Positions 29,495-39,956 of a stretch of 64,000 nucleotides of DNA are shown here, piece by piece. This stretch comes from Eledone cirrhosa (Eukaryota): contig OZ024759.1 in assembly GCA_964016885.1 (NCBI GenBank), forward strand, positions 15,686,001-15,750,000, written 5' to 3'. The notes under the pieces are model-generated. The model worked only from the letters and a program-made list of their open reading frames with translations. It was not told the origin of the DNA and searched no databases. Numbering within the stretch: position 1 is the first letter of the stretch; each line of letters begins with the position of its first letter. A program made the translations under genes and the position numbers.

Positions 29495-30559
29495 CAGGGA
29501 GGACAACAAACAGAGGTACAAAAAGTCTTAGTTTCAAGGACGTATCGACCGGTCGGGGAATTGAACACACAATCTTACGATTTTGAATCCAACACTTTAA
29601 CCACAAAGCTATCCGTCATCACGTATAATAAAATACATCGTTCGTTGTATTACAGACGGCACGTGTTTTTTTTATCTTTACTTTCTTTTTAAGTGTTAAT
29701 GAAATGCGTGTAATTCAATATCTTAAGCCAGTACCACATCTTAGCATCTCAGAATGTTTTCTGCGACAATATAATTACCCAGAATTGCCATATCAATTAT
29801 TAAGATATTATTATCAATTATTTGTTTCTTTTGGTTAAATTATGTCGAGTGTATTATGTGTAAACTGGCGATCAATCAGTATGCAATATATGATTTCTCC
29901 AAGCAATATTGAATAACCATTTTCCGAGACGTGAAGATTCGTATGAATATATTATCATCATCACCACCACCACTCCACCACCATCATCATGTCTCTTCGT
30001 GTCTCTTGGTTGGCAAATAAGTGATGAAAAACTCCTCTCCATTCTTCACTATATCTTCCATTTTAATATACATATATTTATTGGTGACCATTTCTGAACA
30101 TACCAAACAATTCGTTTGCGGTTTCGTCCAGTCTTCTTCTCAGTTGCTGCGGTAATGACCTTTATCTCTCTTTCCTCTCGTTCCATAACTCCTGGGAGTC
30201 AGTCGTCGGGGCATTGTTTTAACATTCAACGTTTCTATGGCTTTTTATACATGGTGGAGTCCATCTCCTTTCCGGCTTTCATGACAGAAAATTCATTCCA
30301 AAGAAGGATAAAGAGTGAAAGAATTGAAGAGAGGAAGAAATGTAGATGAAGAATCCACCCCAGTATTAGATTGGTGCTGATCTATCGACCTTGAATGGAT
30401 GAAAGGCAAAGTTGACCTCGACGGGATCTAAGTTGCTTCAAATCCATTCCAGCAGAACTGTGTAATATGTCCAAGATATTGCAATTGTCTTCTCCTTGAT
30501 GTCTTGTAATGGTATCAGGTCATCTAGTTGTATTATGTCCAGTACCTCCATTTTATATA

Positions 30560-30835
30560 TAAACATACATTGCCTTTCTTTAAATGGTCGACAGAATCGT
30601 AGTACCTCCATTTTGTCTATAACCACACATTTCATTTTAGAGAAATTTACTGTTTTGTTAAATTCACGCGCAATCAATAATAGCTCCCCAAGAAGATTTT
30701 CAAAGCTCCTTCGCTATCAGCAACCAATATCGTAACCAGTATCTCCTGCATATATAATACAATTAAAATTTTTATCTCCTACACAAACACAGTCACCACT
30801 TTCTAATGTTTCAAAGGCTACATTGAATAAGTGTC
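30560..30835 (-). pseudogene. highly decayed RTE-like reverse transcriptase fragment
   Basis: LFNVAFE...VCVGDKNFNCIIYAGDT (YADD-like), then LLGELLLIAREFNKTVNFSKMKC (resembling IN..KTK). Confidence 0.55.
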
Positions 30836-31019
30836 ATAAAATGTCGGTGTCAGCACGCACCCCTCCCTAACCCCTTTATATACAATAATGGGCAGACTGC
30901 CAAACTCCTTTATAATGCCTTCTGGTTTTTATATAGGTTAGGGATGATAATTCGTAGACATTTCGCGTTCACTCCTCGTTCTTCGGGTGCTGAGATAAAC
31001 AAGCAACGATCCACTACAG

Positions 31020-31300
31020 CAATGGTTCCCAACCTTTTATACACTATTCCTCACCTCAACATCTCACAAATGATTATGCTCCCCCCATGATATGAAAACA
31101 GCGACGGTCAACTGCAAAGTGTAAAGATATTGGTGTGTAGGAGATGCCAGATGCACAACATATGTAGAGGAGGTGATACAAGAGTTACCGACGGTAATGT
31201 GTACCAAAGTTGCCTTGGTGTAAAAGTAATGAGGTCATTGCCCCTACAAATGTTCAAAATGCCTCCTTGTAGTGTATGCGACCCACGTTAGGTATTGCTG
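31020..31300. mobile_element. degenerate hAT (Charlie-like) MITE
   Basis: Termini CAATGGTTCCCAAC...GTTAGGTATTGCTG, with 8-bp flanks CACTACAG/CACAACAG (7/8 TSD match). Confidence 0.6.
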
Positions 31301-31957
31301 CACAACAGTGAAAGACTTTGGGAGGTCAACGAATGCAACATACGTATATGCTCAGGTTTCTATTTATCTGGTTGATTATTACTGATTCTAAAGCTGTCAT
31401 TGTTTCCATCATCCCATGGTATGGCATGAAGTCGTATTCGGGTCCATTAATGTCTCCATTTAATGTATCCGAAATAATCGGTAACACATCGTTGCAGAAT
31501 TTTCGCCGTATGGAGATGTTAATGGTATTGTTCTGGGTTCTTCACATCCCATTGTTAAGTGGCTTTTAAGGTAACGCAATTATCTCGCTCGTAATAAAAC
31601 CTTCAAGCTCCTTAGTGTCAAAAGCTTTCATTTTTTTTTTTTTGTCACAATATTCAGTAAAGCTACCCTCAAGTTTCGCTCCACCGGCTCTTATCAAATC
31701 TACTGGGATTTTACTATTATTCATTTAGGGACAAGGCCGTTCGAAATATTTCGAATACACAGAACGATTATATCGTAAGAGAGTCATGTTATTCATTCAA
31801 AAACAAAACACAAACCGTTGAACGATTGTAGACACGGTGACGAGAATGTTTACAGCATAAAACAAATAAAACATGGACGCCTATGAACATTTTTGTTTTT
31901 GGTTTGAAGCATTTATAGCGCCATATAAATGCTTTATTATTGTTATTATTATAATAA

Positions 31958-32073
31958 TAATTGTTTCTATTATAGGCACAAGGCCAGCAATTTGGGGGTA
32001 GGGGAAAGTCTATTAAATCCGACCCCAGTGATTTACTGGTACTTTATTTTATCGACCCCGTAAGGATGAAAGG
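31958..32073 (-). mobile_element. octopus-type SINE 3' half
   Basis: GGCACAAGGCCAGC..ACTGGTACTTTATTTTATCGACCCCGTAAGGATGAAAGG. Confidence 0.8.
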
Positions 32074-32324
32074 TGTACAGTTAATCGAACAACTACTCTT
32101 GAGTTTCAAATAATCGTGCCACCCCCACTTATTAATTTTTCAGATTGTTAATCTTTCTGCGGTGAAATTTTATTTTAACTGGTAGCATTCCTGCAACAAT
32201 TAATTTTCTTTGTACATTAAAAACACATTATACATGACCATGTACATTATACATTATACATTGTACAAAGACATTATAATGCACATTATACATTATATGG
32301 ACGCCATGCTTGGACGCATAGAGT

Positions 32325-32441
32325 TACGGTCCTTGCCATTCTGAGTTCAATCCCCCCTCCCCTACTGGGGTCGATAAAATATAGTACCAGTAATGCACTG
32401 GGGTATTTGCTGGCCTTGTGCCAAAAGTAGAAACAATTATA
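32325..32441 (+). mobile_element. octopus-type SINE fragment
   Basis: CTGAGTTCAA..GGGGTCGATAAAATATAGTACCAG..GCTGGCCTTGTGCCAAAAGTAGAAAC. Confidence 0.8.
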
Positions 32442-32948
32442 CATGACAAGAAAAAAATACATTACTAGAATTCCTATATGTTATAAAACAAATAGGATGG
32501 GTTGGGGGGTCTCAAGATGTAAACTAAATGACTAATTCGGGGGCGCGTGGGGGGTTTAAATCAATGAAGACAGCCTAGACAGATTAACAATCTTACAACC
32601 CCCACCACATTCCACCCCAGTTAATTGGGACCCGAATTAATTAATAGTTCCATCTCCAGCCGATCACTAATCAATGATTTCAGGTTTTAAAATGGCCACC
32701 AAATTTTACCTTGTTACGCGAAAGAAGATTCATCTTTAAAACCGACGGAGGTCCATTCTGTAATCGGTATGTGGTAGATCTTAGTATTGATTGTGTCTGC
32801 TTATATCATGCTTTAATCTAATAGTACAAAACTTAGTAAGTCATGTCTAATGCTGTAAGTGCATTTGAAACTGTAATGATATTTTAACTTACTGACTGGA
32901 GAAATTTAGACTCCTATTATTTACCATATGTATATATCTGCGTGTGCC

Positions 32949-33004
<56 letters not shown>

Positions 33005-33267
33005 GGTGTGTGTGTGTGTGTGCGTGCGCGCGTATCTATGTGTGTGTGCGTGCGTGCGTGCGTATTTATGTGTGTGTGTGCGTATATATATATATATATA
33101 TATTTCCATATATATGTGAGTGTGTGTGTAAATATATATATATATGTGTGTGTATATATATATATATATATGTGCGTATATATATACATGTGTGTGTGTA
33201 TGTGTGCATATATATATGTGTGTGTGTGCGTCTATTCTTGCTATCTCATACTATTCATTCTCATTTC

Positions 33268-33298
<31 letters not shown>

Positions 33299-33299
33299 T

Positions 33300-33334
<35 letters not shown>
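33268..33334. repeat. (GATA)n tract at the 3' flank of the LINE
   Basis: Directly visible. Confidence 0.98.
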
Positions 33335-33335
<1 letters not shown>

Positions 33336-33566
33336 ATTTCTATTTATTTGCCACGAGGGCACAAAAGAAGGGGACATTTACACAGTGGGGGAGTTTACAT
33401 AAATCGAGTAAAGAAAAAAGGAATAACAATAATAATATAACAATAAAAAGTCCTCAAAAGGGAGGGGGCGTGTTGGGGATTGCACATACCCCCGAAAAGT
33501 GTGCAACTCTTTTCGCGGGGGAAGCCCAGAGAGGAGGCGCTCCCCCTTTCCTCTTCACTTCTTCAC

Positions 33567-36500
33567 CTACAGAACAATGTAGAGAGAAGGCCCATTTACA
33601 CGGGCCATTCTCGCTTCTTTCACCCACCTTTCATAAAACTGTCTGGGACCAAGCACTTCTCTCTCCATCCTGATTCTTCTTCCGAAGTGGTATCGGAAGA
33701 AGTAAACCAGGTGATGGCCGGAGAGAAAGTCACCCGACCTCAGACCTTTCAGGCGCGTCCACCACACAACCTCTTTCATCATGGCTATTACGCACAGAAA
33801 GACCGCCTCTGCTTCATTTCTGAAGGGAGGAGGCGGCTTGATGTTCACCACAGACTCGGCGGTTAATCGAATCGGCGCCACACGCGACAGCAGTCGTTCG
33901 ACGTAGCCCCACAGATCGGCAACGCCCGGGCAGTGTACCAGTGCATGCGCAACGGTTTCCTCGTCGCGCACGCATCTGGGACAGATCTTTTTCGCGGGAT
34001 CCCTGCCCGGGCGCCCGTGTCTGTAGAGCTTTTCTCGAACGGGCAGAGCCCCCCGGTAACACTGCCAGGCTAGGGACCTCTGGAAGTTGTCCATGGGTCC
34101 CGGGCCGAAAGTTCTACCGAACAGGCTGGCCAGTTCGTCCTCCTCCATGCCTAGCGACTCTCCAAGGGTGTCGTCGCCCCTGCTAGCCACCAACCCTCTA
34201 TAGAATGTCGAGGTGGATTCTCCACTGACAGTCGGGTCCGCTTGCCAGATAGCCGTGAGCGCCTGGGCACACTCAGTGTGCCAGTTGCCCAGTTTTCTCG
34301 GTCTTTGCTTCACCCAGGATTGCAGTTCGGTGAGCGAGACGAGCTGTGGGAAGGCTCGCCTCACAAACGGGGCCCACACCGGCTGACCGTTGAGGAATAC
34401 CTGTAGATGCCGTAGCCTCAATGCGTGCCTACGCATCAACAGCCACGGCATACCCAGCCCTCCTTTCGAAGGGTGCTGGCAGCAGATGGATCTCCTCACC
34501 ATGGGAGGCCGCTTCTTCCAGAGGAACTGGAAGAGCATGCGTTCCATGATGGTGAGCTTTTCCTTGGGGCAAGGCACGACGGTCAGGCGGTAGTAGATGA
34601 CGGACGCTATGTAAGCGTTCGTCACCTCCGCCCGACCTTTCAGTGATAGTTTGCACTTGGCCCACTTCTGGGTCAGCGCAAACACCCTGCTCGTCACCTC
34701 GCCCCAATTCTTCTCCACCTGGAGGTCCGGTCCGAACCAGACCCCGAGCAGCTTCACCGGGCCCTCCGTCCACCGCCCGACGACACCGTCCAACGGCATC
34801 GGTTTGCCCCTCCACGTTCCGAGTTGCAAACCGACCGACTTGTCCTGGTTCAGCTTAGCCCCCGTCAGCCTTTCGTATTCCTCCAGTAGGGTGGCGATCG
34901 CCCCGATTTCCGAGGCGTCCGCCACCATTACTGTTACGTCGTCGGCATAGGCCGAGACCGCTTTGTGCAATCCCGGTTCCAGGGGTATGCCCCGCAGCAA
35001 CTCCAACTTCCGCAGCAGTGGCTCGAGAGTCAATACGTACAGAAGGGAGGAGAGGGGGCACCCCTGTCTGATGGATCGGGTGATTTGAAACGGCTCCGAG
35101 AGGTAGCCGTTTACTTTAATCCTAGAGTAGATGTTGCCACTGTGCATGGCAGAAATCCAGCCCCTGAAAACGGGTCCGAAGCCCGCCGCCGCTAGCACCG
35201 CATCCAGGTAACCATGGTCGACCCTATCGAACGCCTTAGATTGATCCAAGTTGATCAGGGCCCCACCAAAGCCGGGTTCGTAGCCAACCCTCTCTATGAT
35301 GTATCGCATGAGGTGGAGGTTGTCGTGAATGGACCTGGACGGGATAGCGCATGTCTGCGCGTCTCCCACCAAACCACCCACCACAAGCGCCAACCTCTTC
35401 GTCAACACCTTGGCCAAAATCTGTAACTCTGCATTCAGCAGAGTTATGGGCCTAAAGTTACTTAAGTCGTCCCCCTTGCTCTCGTCCTTCCTCACTAGCG
35501 TGACCACGCCCTTGGTCACAGAACAGGGAATTCTCCCGTTCTGTTGCCAGTTGCAATAGACAGCCTCGAGGAGTTCGGAGAACAAGACCGGCATAGCTAA
35601 ATAAAGTTCGTATGGTAGACCATCGAGACCCGGGGATTTGCGTCTGCTGCATTGGCTGAGCGCTTCCCCGATTTCAGTGGCTGTGATTGGCCCTTCGCAG
35701 CACTCCGCTTCGCCGCTCGAAAGACGCGGTAGACCGTCGAGGTATGGACCGAAGTCCACATCCCCGTCCGGCCCCCCGCCACCTCCGAACAGTCGAGCAA
35801 AGTGCCTTTGAAAGGTCTCGCACATTCGCTCAGGTTCAAGGATCACCCGTCCATCCTGGTCTCGCAAAGACCGAATGGTGGATTTAATCCCACTCTTGGC
35901 TTCTGTCACGCGGGCCCAGCTAACAGCTTTGGTCCCCTCGTTTCCTAAAGCACGTATTTTACTTCGGACAACGCAGCCTTCGTGCTTCGCGTCAAAGAAC
36001 TGGCTCAATGCCGTTCTCGTCGCTAACACTCTGGCTACGTCTCCGCTCCTAATCGCCTCTTCTAGTTTATCTGTTAACTCCCTTTCCCTCCTATTTCTAT
36101 TCGCCGCTAGTTCCTTACTGTAACCTATCGAACTTACTCTAATCTCTCTCTTTAGAGATACCCACCACCTGCTGTTGACGATCGCTCCCGTCAACCGCAT
36201 CTTAACTAAGCTACTAATCCGGTTTCTGTAATCTTTCTTTGTCGGTAAGGACAAGTTCATCTTCCAGTAACCGGGACCCTGTCTATGCGTTCTATCAAGG
36301 TTGACCACGCAGGTCACTAATTTGTGATCTGAATAGCCAACCATGATCAGTTCTGGACAACTAAATACGTCCCTATCCTTACTCCTAACCAAAAACCTAT
36401 CTAGGTACGATCTAGATTGTCCACTGCGGTTTGCCCAGGTCCAGGTTGGCGCAGTTGGACAATCTAGTCGAAATCTATCGACCAGGTCGAATCGATCGAG

Positions 36501-36995
36501 TAACCCCTTGAGGCTGCTACACCCCCCTCTATCGGGACATGCCCCTGCATAGTCCCAACGCGCATCTAGGATTCCATTCCAGTCCCCCACTAAAAGCAGG
36601 GAACGCGACGTTCCTAGAAAAGTCTCCAGACGTTGGAAGAAGTCGGCTCTCTCCGCCCCGAAGGGAGCATAAAGACCGACCAGTCTGAAAGCCCCGCCTT
36701 CACCACCTCCGACGTCCAGCACCAGTAATCGACCCCCCGGGTCCGAGTGAACAATCTGTACGTCGAGAGTCAGACGTTTATCCAGCAGTACGGCAACTCC
36801 CCCCCCGCCTCCGGGTTGACAGAGAGATGCGTGCATCTCAAAGTCATCGAAGGCGGGCGCCAGCTGTCTCACGCTGCTGATCCGACTCTCGCAAACAACC
36901 ATCACATCTATACTTTGTGACCTGAGGTCACTTAGAAGCTTTGCTTGCTTCCAAGCTGAGCTCAGGCCACGCGCGTTCAAACAGCCAACTCTCAA
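33567..36995 (-). CDS. LINE ORF2: AP-like endonuclease, reverse transcriptase and C-terminal CCHC zinc finger (1142 aa, uninterrupted)
   Basis: EN motifs LNARGL, CESR, LYAP, GDWN, YLDRF, SDH. Linker GPGYWKMN. RT motifs SPGLDG, FRPITLLN, LDQSKAFD, RQGCPLS, YADD, KLLG, KGGLG. Zinc finger CPRC..EETVAHALVHC. The start codon is uncertain (TTG). Confidence 0.97.
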   Translation of the reverse strand: MRVGCLNARGLSSAWKQAKLLSDLRSQSIDVMVVCESRISSVRQLAPAFDDFEMHASLCQPGGGGGVAVLLDKRLTLDVQIVHSDPGGRLLVLDVGGGEGGAFRLVGLYAPFGAERADFFQRLETFLGTSRSLLLVGDWNGILDARWDYAGACPDRGGCSSLKGLLDRFDLVDRFRLDCPTAPTWTWANRSGQSRSYLDRFLVRSKDRDVFSCPELIMVGYSDHKLVTCVVNLDRTHRQGPGYWKMNLSLPTKKDYRNRISSLVKMRLTGAIVNSRWWVSLKREIRVSSIGYSKELAANRNRRERELTDKLEEAIRSGDVARVLATRTALSQFFDAKHEGCVVRSKIRALGNEGTKAVSWARVTEAKSGIKSTIRSLRDQDGRVILEPERMCETFQRHFARLFGGGGGPDGDVDFGPYLDGLPRLSSGEAECCEGPITATEIGEALSQCSRRKSPGLDGLPYELYLAMPVLFSELLEAVYCNWQQNGRIPCSVTKGVVTLVRKDESKGDDLSNFRPITLLNAELQILAKVLTKRLALVVGGLVGDAQTCAIPSRSIHDNLHLMRYIIERVGYEPGFGGALINLDQSKAFDRVDHGYLDAVLAAAGFGPVFRGWISAMHSGNIYSRIKVNGYLSEPFQITRSIRQGCPLSSLLYVLTLEPLLRKLELLRGIPLEPGLHKAVSAYADDVTVMVADASEIGAIATLLEEYERLTGAKLNQDKSVGLQLGTWRGKPMPLDGVVGRWTEGPVKLLGVWFGPDLQVEKNWGEVTSRVFALTQKWAKCKLSLKGRAEVTNAYIASVIYYRLTVVPCPKEKLTIMERMLFQFLWKKRPPMVRRSICCQHPSKGGLGMPWLLMRRHALRLRHLQVFLNGQPVWAPFVRRAFPQLVSLTELQSWVKQRPRKLGNWHTECAQALTAIWQADPTVSGESTSTFYRGLVASRGDDTLGESLGMEEDELASLFGRTFGPGPMDNFQRSLAWQCYRGALPVREKLYRHGRPGRDPAKKICPRCVRDEETVAHALVHCPGVADLWGYVERLLSRVAPIRLTAESVVNIKPPPPFRNEAEAVFLCVIAMMKEVVWWTRLKGLRSGDFLSGHHLVYFFRYHFGRRIRMEREVLGPRQFYERWVKEARMARVNGPSLYIVL

Positions 36996-37000
36996 TTGAT

Positions 37001-38840
37001 CTATTTTGGTGTTGAAAGTGAAGAAAGAAAAGCACTTACCTCTCCGGGTTGCGTAATTTCCATGGCATCAGGTGTGTTGGGTGGAGGGATGTTTTGTGGT
37101 GGTGTGGGGGTACACGTGTGTGGTGGGGTTGGGGTATTTGGAGTTGTGTCAGGGAGAGGGGCGGTTATGGGGAAATCTTTCAAGAGGACGCGATTCAACG
37201 GTTTTAAACAGGGGGGGCTCACGTCCCGTCTAAATTGTTCTTTTAAGGAACGATAAAGGTCCAGAGGGACCTTTATCATTTTTAAATGGGTGAAGTTCTC
37301 TGTTGAGATAAAGTTTGGCCCTTCGGTCTGCACCATAGGGTTATTGTTTATTAATTTAACCAGTTTTTTGTTTTCTTTATTTATATATGTGTATTGCAAC
37401 GTCTTTTTTTTGTGATGCTGTCAATGTTTCGGAGAGGGGAGGCGCAGATTTATTTTTGTTTGTTGAGGGTGGGGTGTTTTTGATTGGAGTTGGTGTTTGT
37501 GTGTGGGTTATTTGTGGTGTGCTGGGTGTGTGTTTTCTTTTTTTTCTTTTAACTTGTCTGAAGGCTTCTCCTCCTTCTTCTTCAGAAGTTGGGGGAAACT
37601 CTTCAGCGCTAGGTGGGAGGGACGTGTTGTGTGGTTGTTTTTTTTTTGCGGGAGGGGTAGATTTGTTACTGTTTTTTTTATTATTTGTTTGGAATGGGTT
37701 TTGTGGTGGTGGTGGTGGTGGTAATGTTTGTGTCGTGCTTGTGGTTGGTAATGGTGGTGGTGATGTTTGTGTTGTGGTTGGTGGTGGTGATTTTTGTGTC
37801 GTGCTTGTGTTTGGTGCTGGTGGTGGTGATGTTTGTGTTGTGTTTGTGGTTGGTGGTGTCTGTATTTTGTTTGCTGTGTGTGGTATTAGTGTATTTTTGG
37901 AGGTGGGTGGTGCTGGTGTACTGTTTGTGGTGGGTGTGGGCAATAGTCCTTTTTGGGGGATACGTTTCGGGCAGTTAGCCTTAACGTGTCCCCTTTCCAT
38001 GCATAAATAGCATGCTGGTCTTCTCCCCTCTACAATTATGTCTATTGGGGTAAGGTCATCCAGCCAGATGCGATCCGGGATTTGTGCTATTCTTTCGGGC
38101 CTCATTTGGACTAGTATGTCGAGGCCCATTCCCAGGAACGCATCTCCAGTTGCCTTCCCCATTGACAGCATAGTGTCTTCGCCCATATCAATGAAGCCAG
38201 CAATAGCCCACCAGAAGTCCATTGTGGGCAGCATTGTTTTTACTTTTATTCTCTGAGTTCTTCTACCCATGTAGGAGGGATAGAAGCTATATGTTGTCGA
38301 CGAGAGTGGGCTTAGGGAAAGCTGAACCGCCGTTTCTTTGTCTCTTGTTAGGACCGAAATGCTGCCATAGAGTCGGTCCTTTCGTATGAAGAGAATATTC
38401 TTCATATAGTCTTTTAGGACTAACTCTATTTCCATTTGGCTGGGCTGTGCTGGCTTTCTTGACTGGTTTAGTATAGTTCTGTATATAACTGTGTTTTCTG
38501 CTCTGGCTTTCTTGAATTCTGGGGGGGAGTTAATGGAAAACATTCCGTTTTCCCCCAAAACAATATGTTTCTTTGCTTCGGCCAGTTTTTCTCTGGCGGC
38601 AGTTAGGTCAATTGGTGTGTATGTAATGGATTGCTTTGTTTTCTGGGCGAAAGTTGCCCTGTCGTTATTTGTATTATTTTCTGTTTGTTTGTTTTCTGTT
38701 TGCTCATTTTCCTTAACATTTGTTTTTTCATTTTGTTTGTTTGTTTCAATGTCTAATTTTGTTGTAATTATTTTTTGTTCTTCAGACTTGGGGGGCGTGG
38801 CAGAGCTAATGGCAGACATGTCTGCCATCTTTTCCGCCAT
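37001..38840 (-). CDS. LINE ORF1 (gag-like, CCHC zinc knuckle, Pro/Thr-rich C-terminus), split by a 1-nt frameshift in an A8 run
   Basis: ATG at 38840 (MAEKMADM) and VEGRRPACYLCMERGHVKANCP. Removing one A from the run at 37404-37411 joins ORF 37377-38867 to ORF 37001-37399 (SQKK-TLQYTY..), giving ~612 aa. Confidence 0.85.
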
Positions 38841-39041
38841 GCTGCCAAGAAAGAAATTTTTCGGCAAAAATAGATATTTATTTTACCCCCTAAAAAGGGG
38901 GTAAATGCAAAAATGTTTCCCTAAATAACAGGGGTTAGTGTTCCAAATGTGTTGCACTAAAAAATTTATCCGGTACTTACAATAGCAAGGGTAAATCCCG
39001 ATGGAATAGCGGAGCCGATGCGAAGCGTGTCTTACTCTATC

Positions 39042-39042
<1 letters not shown>

Positions 39043-39081
<39 letters not shown>

Positions 39082-39110
39082 CAGATATATAGACAGATAT
39101 ATAGATAGAT
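39043..39110. repeat. (GATA)n tract at the 5' flank of the LINE
   Basis: Directly visible. Confidence 0.98.
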
Positions 39111-39199
39111 TTTAATTATGTGTTTCACCCTCTGCTTGCTTTCTCTTCCTATCTCGATATCTCTCACACTTTTCTGTAACCATACTTCTGTCTTGCTCA

Positions 39200-39238
<39 letters not shown>

Positions 39239-39257
39239 TATATACACATACACACAC

Positions 39258-39300
<43 letters not shown>

Positions 39301-39514
39301 TATATATATATATACACACACACACACGTATATATATATATACACACACACGTATATATATATATATATACACACAGACACGTATATATATATATGCACA
39401 CACACACACACGTATATATATATTTACACACACTCGTGTGTATATATATATATATATATTCACACACACGCATATATAGATATATATGTATGTATGTGTG
39501 TGTGTGTATTTGTA

Positions 39515-39567
<53 letters not shown>

Positions 39568-39606
39568 GCATATATAGATATATATGTATGTATGTGTGTA
39601 TTTGTA

Positions 39607-39640
<34 letters not shown>

Positions 39641-39719
39641 GTCACACACTTACGTATATATATATAGAGAGATATATAGATATATATATATATATGTATG
39701 TATATTCACACACACTTAC

Positions 39720-39756
<37 letters not shown>

Positions 39757-39956
39757 GACACTTACGTATATACATACACACATACACACACATACATACA
39801 CGTACACGTACACATAATACATACCCACAATCTACACGTGTGTGTGTGTATGTGTGTGTAAGAGTGTTAGTGTGTGTGTGTGCAACTCACAAGAGTGAAT
39901 ACTACATCCGAGAATGCTGTCGGCAGTCGATCGACCGACATGATAACCAGTTGGTA

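Larger units (their letters stand above)
33337..39042 (-). mobile_element. full-length Tx1-clade (L1 superfamily) non-LTR retrotransposon inserted in (GATA)n
   Basis: ~200-bp 5'UTR, ORF1 with a CCHC knuckle, APE-RT-CCHC ORF2, ~230-bp 3'UTR ending AATAAATAGAAA, and GATA tracts on both sides. Confidence 0.95.

Noticed and set aside
31400-31700. Possible decayed LINE linker on the minus strand (ELEGFITSEIIA)
   Set aside because: A single short motif with no supporting downstream RT motifs.
33470-36552. Short ORFs overlapping LINE ORF2 in other frames or on the opposite strand
   Set aside because: Expected by-products of a GC-rich coding region.
37001-37039. 39-nt intron fusing ORF1 to ORF2
   Set aside because: It is very short, and splicing yields an immediate stop (GAG ATC AAT TGA) rather than a fusion.
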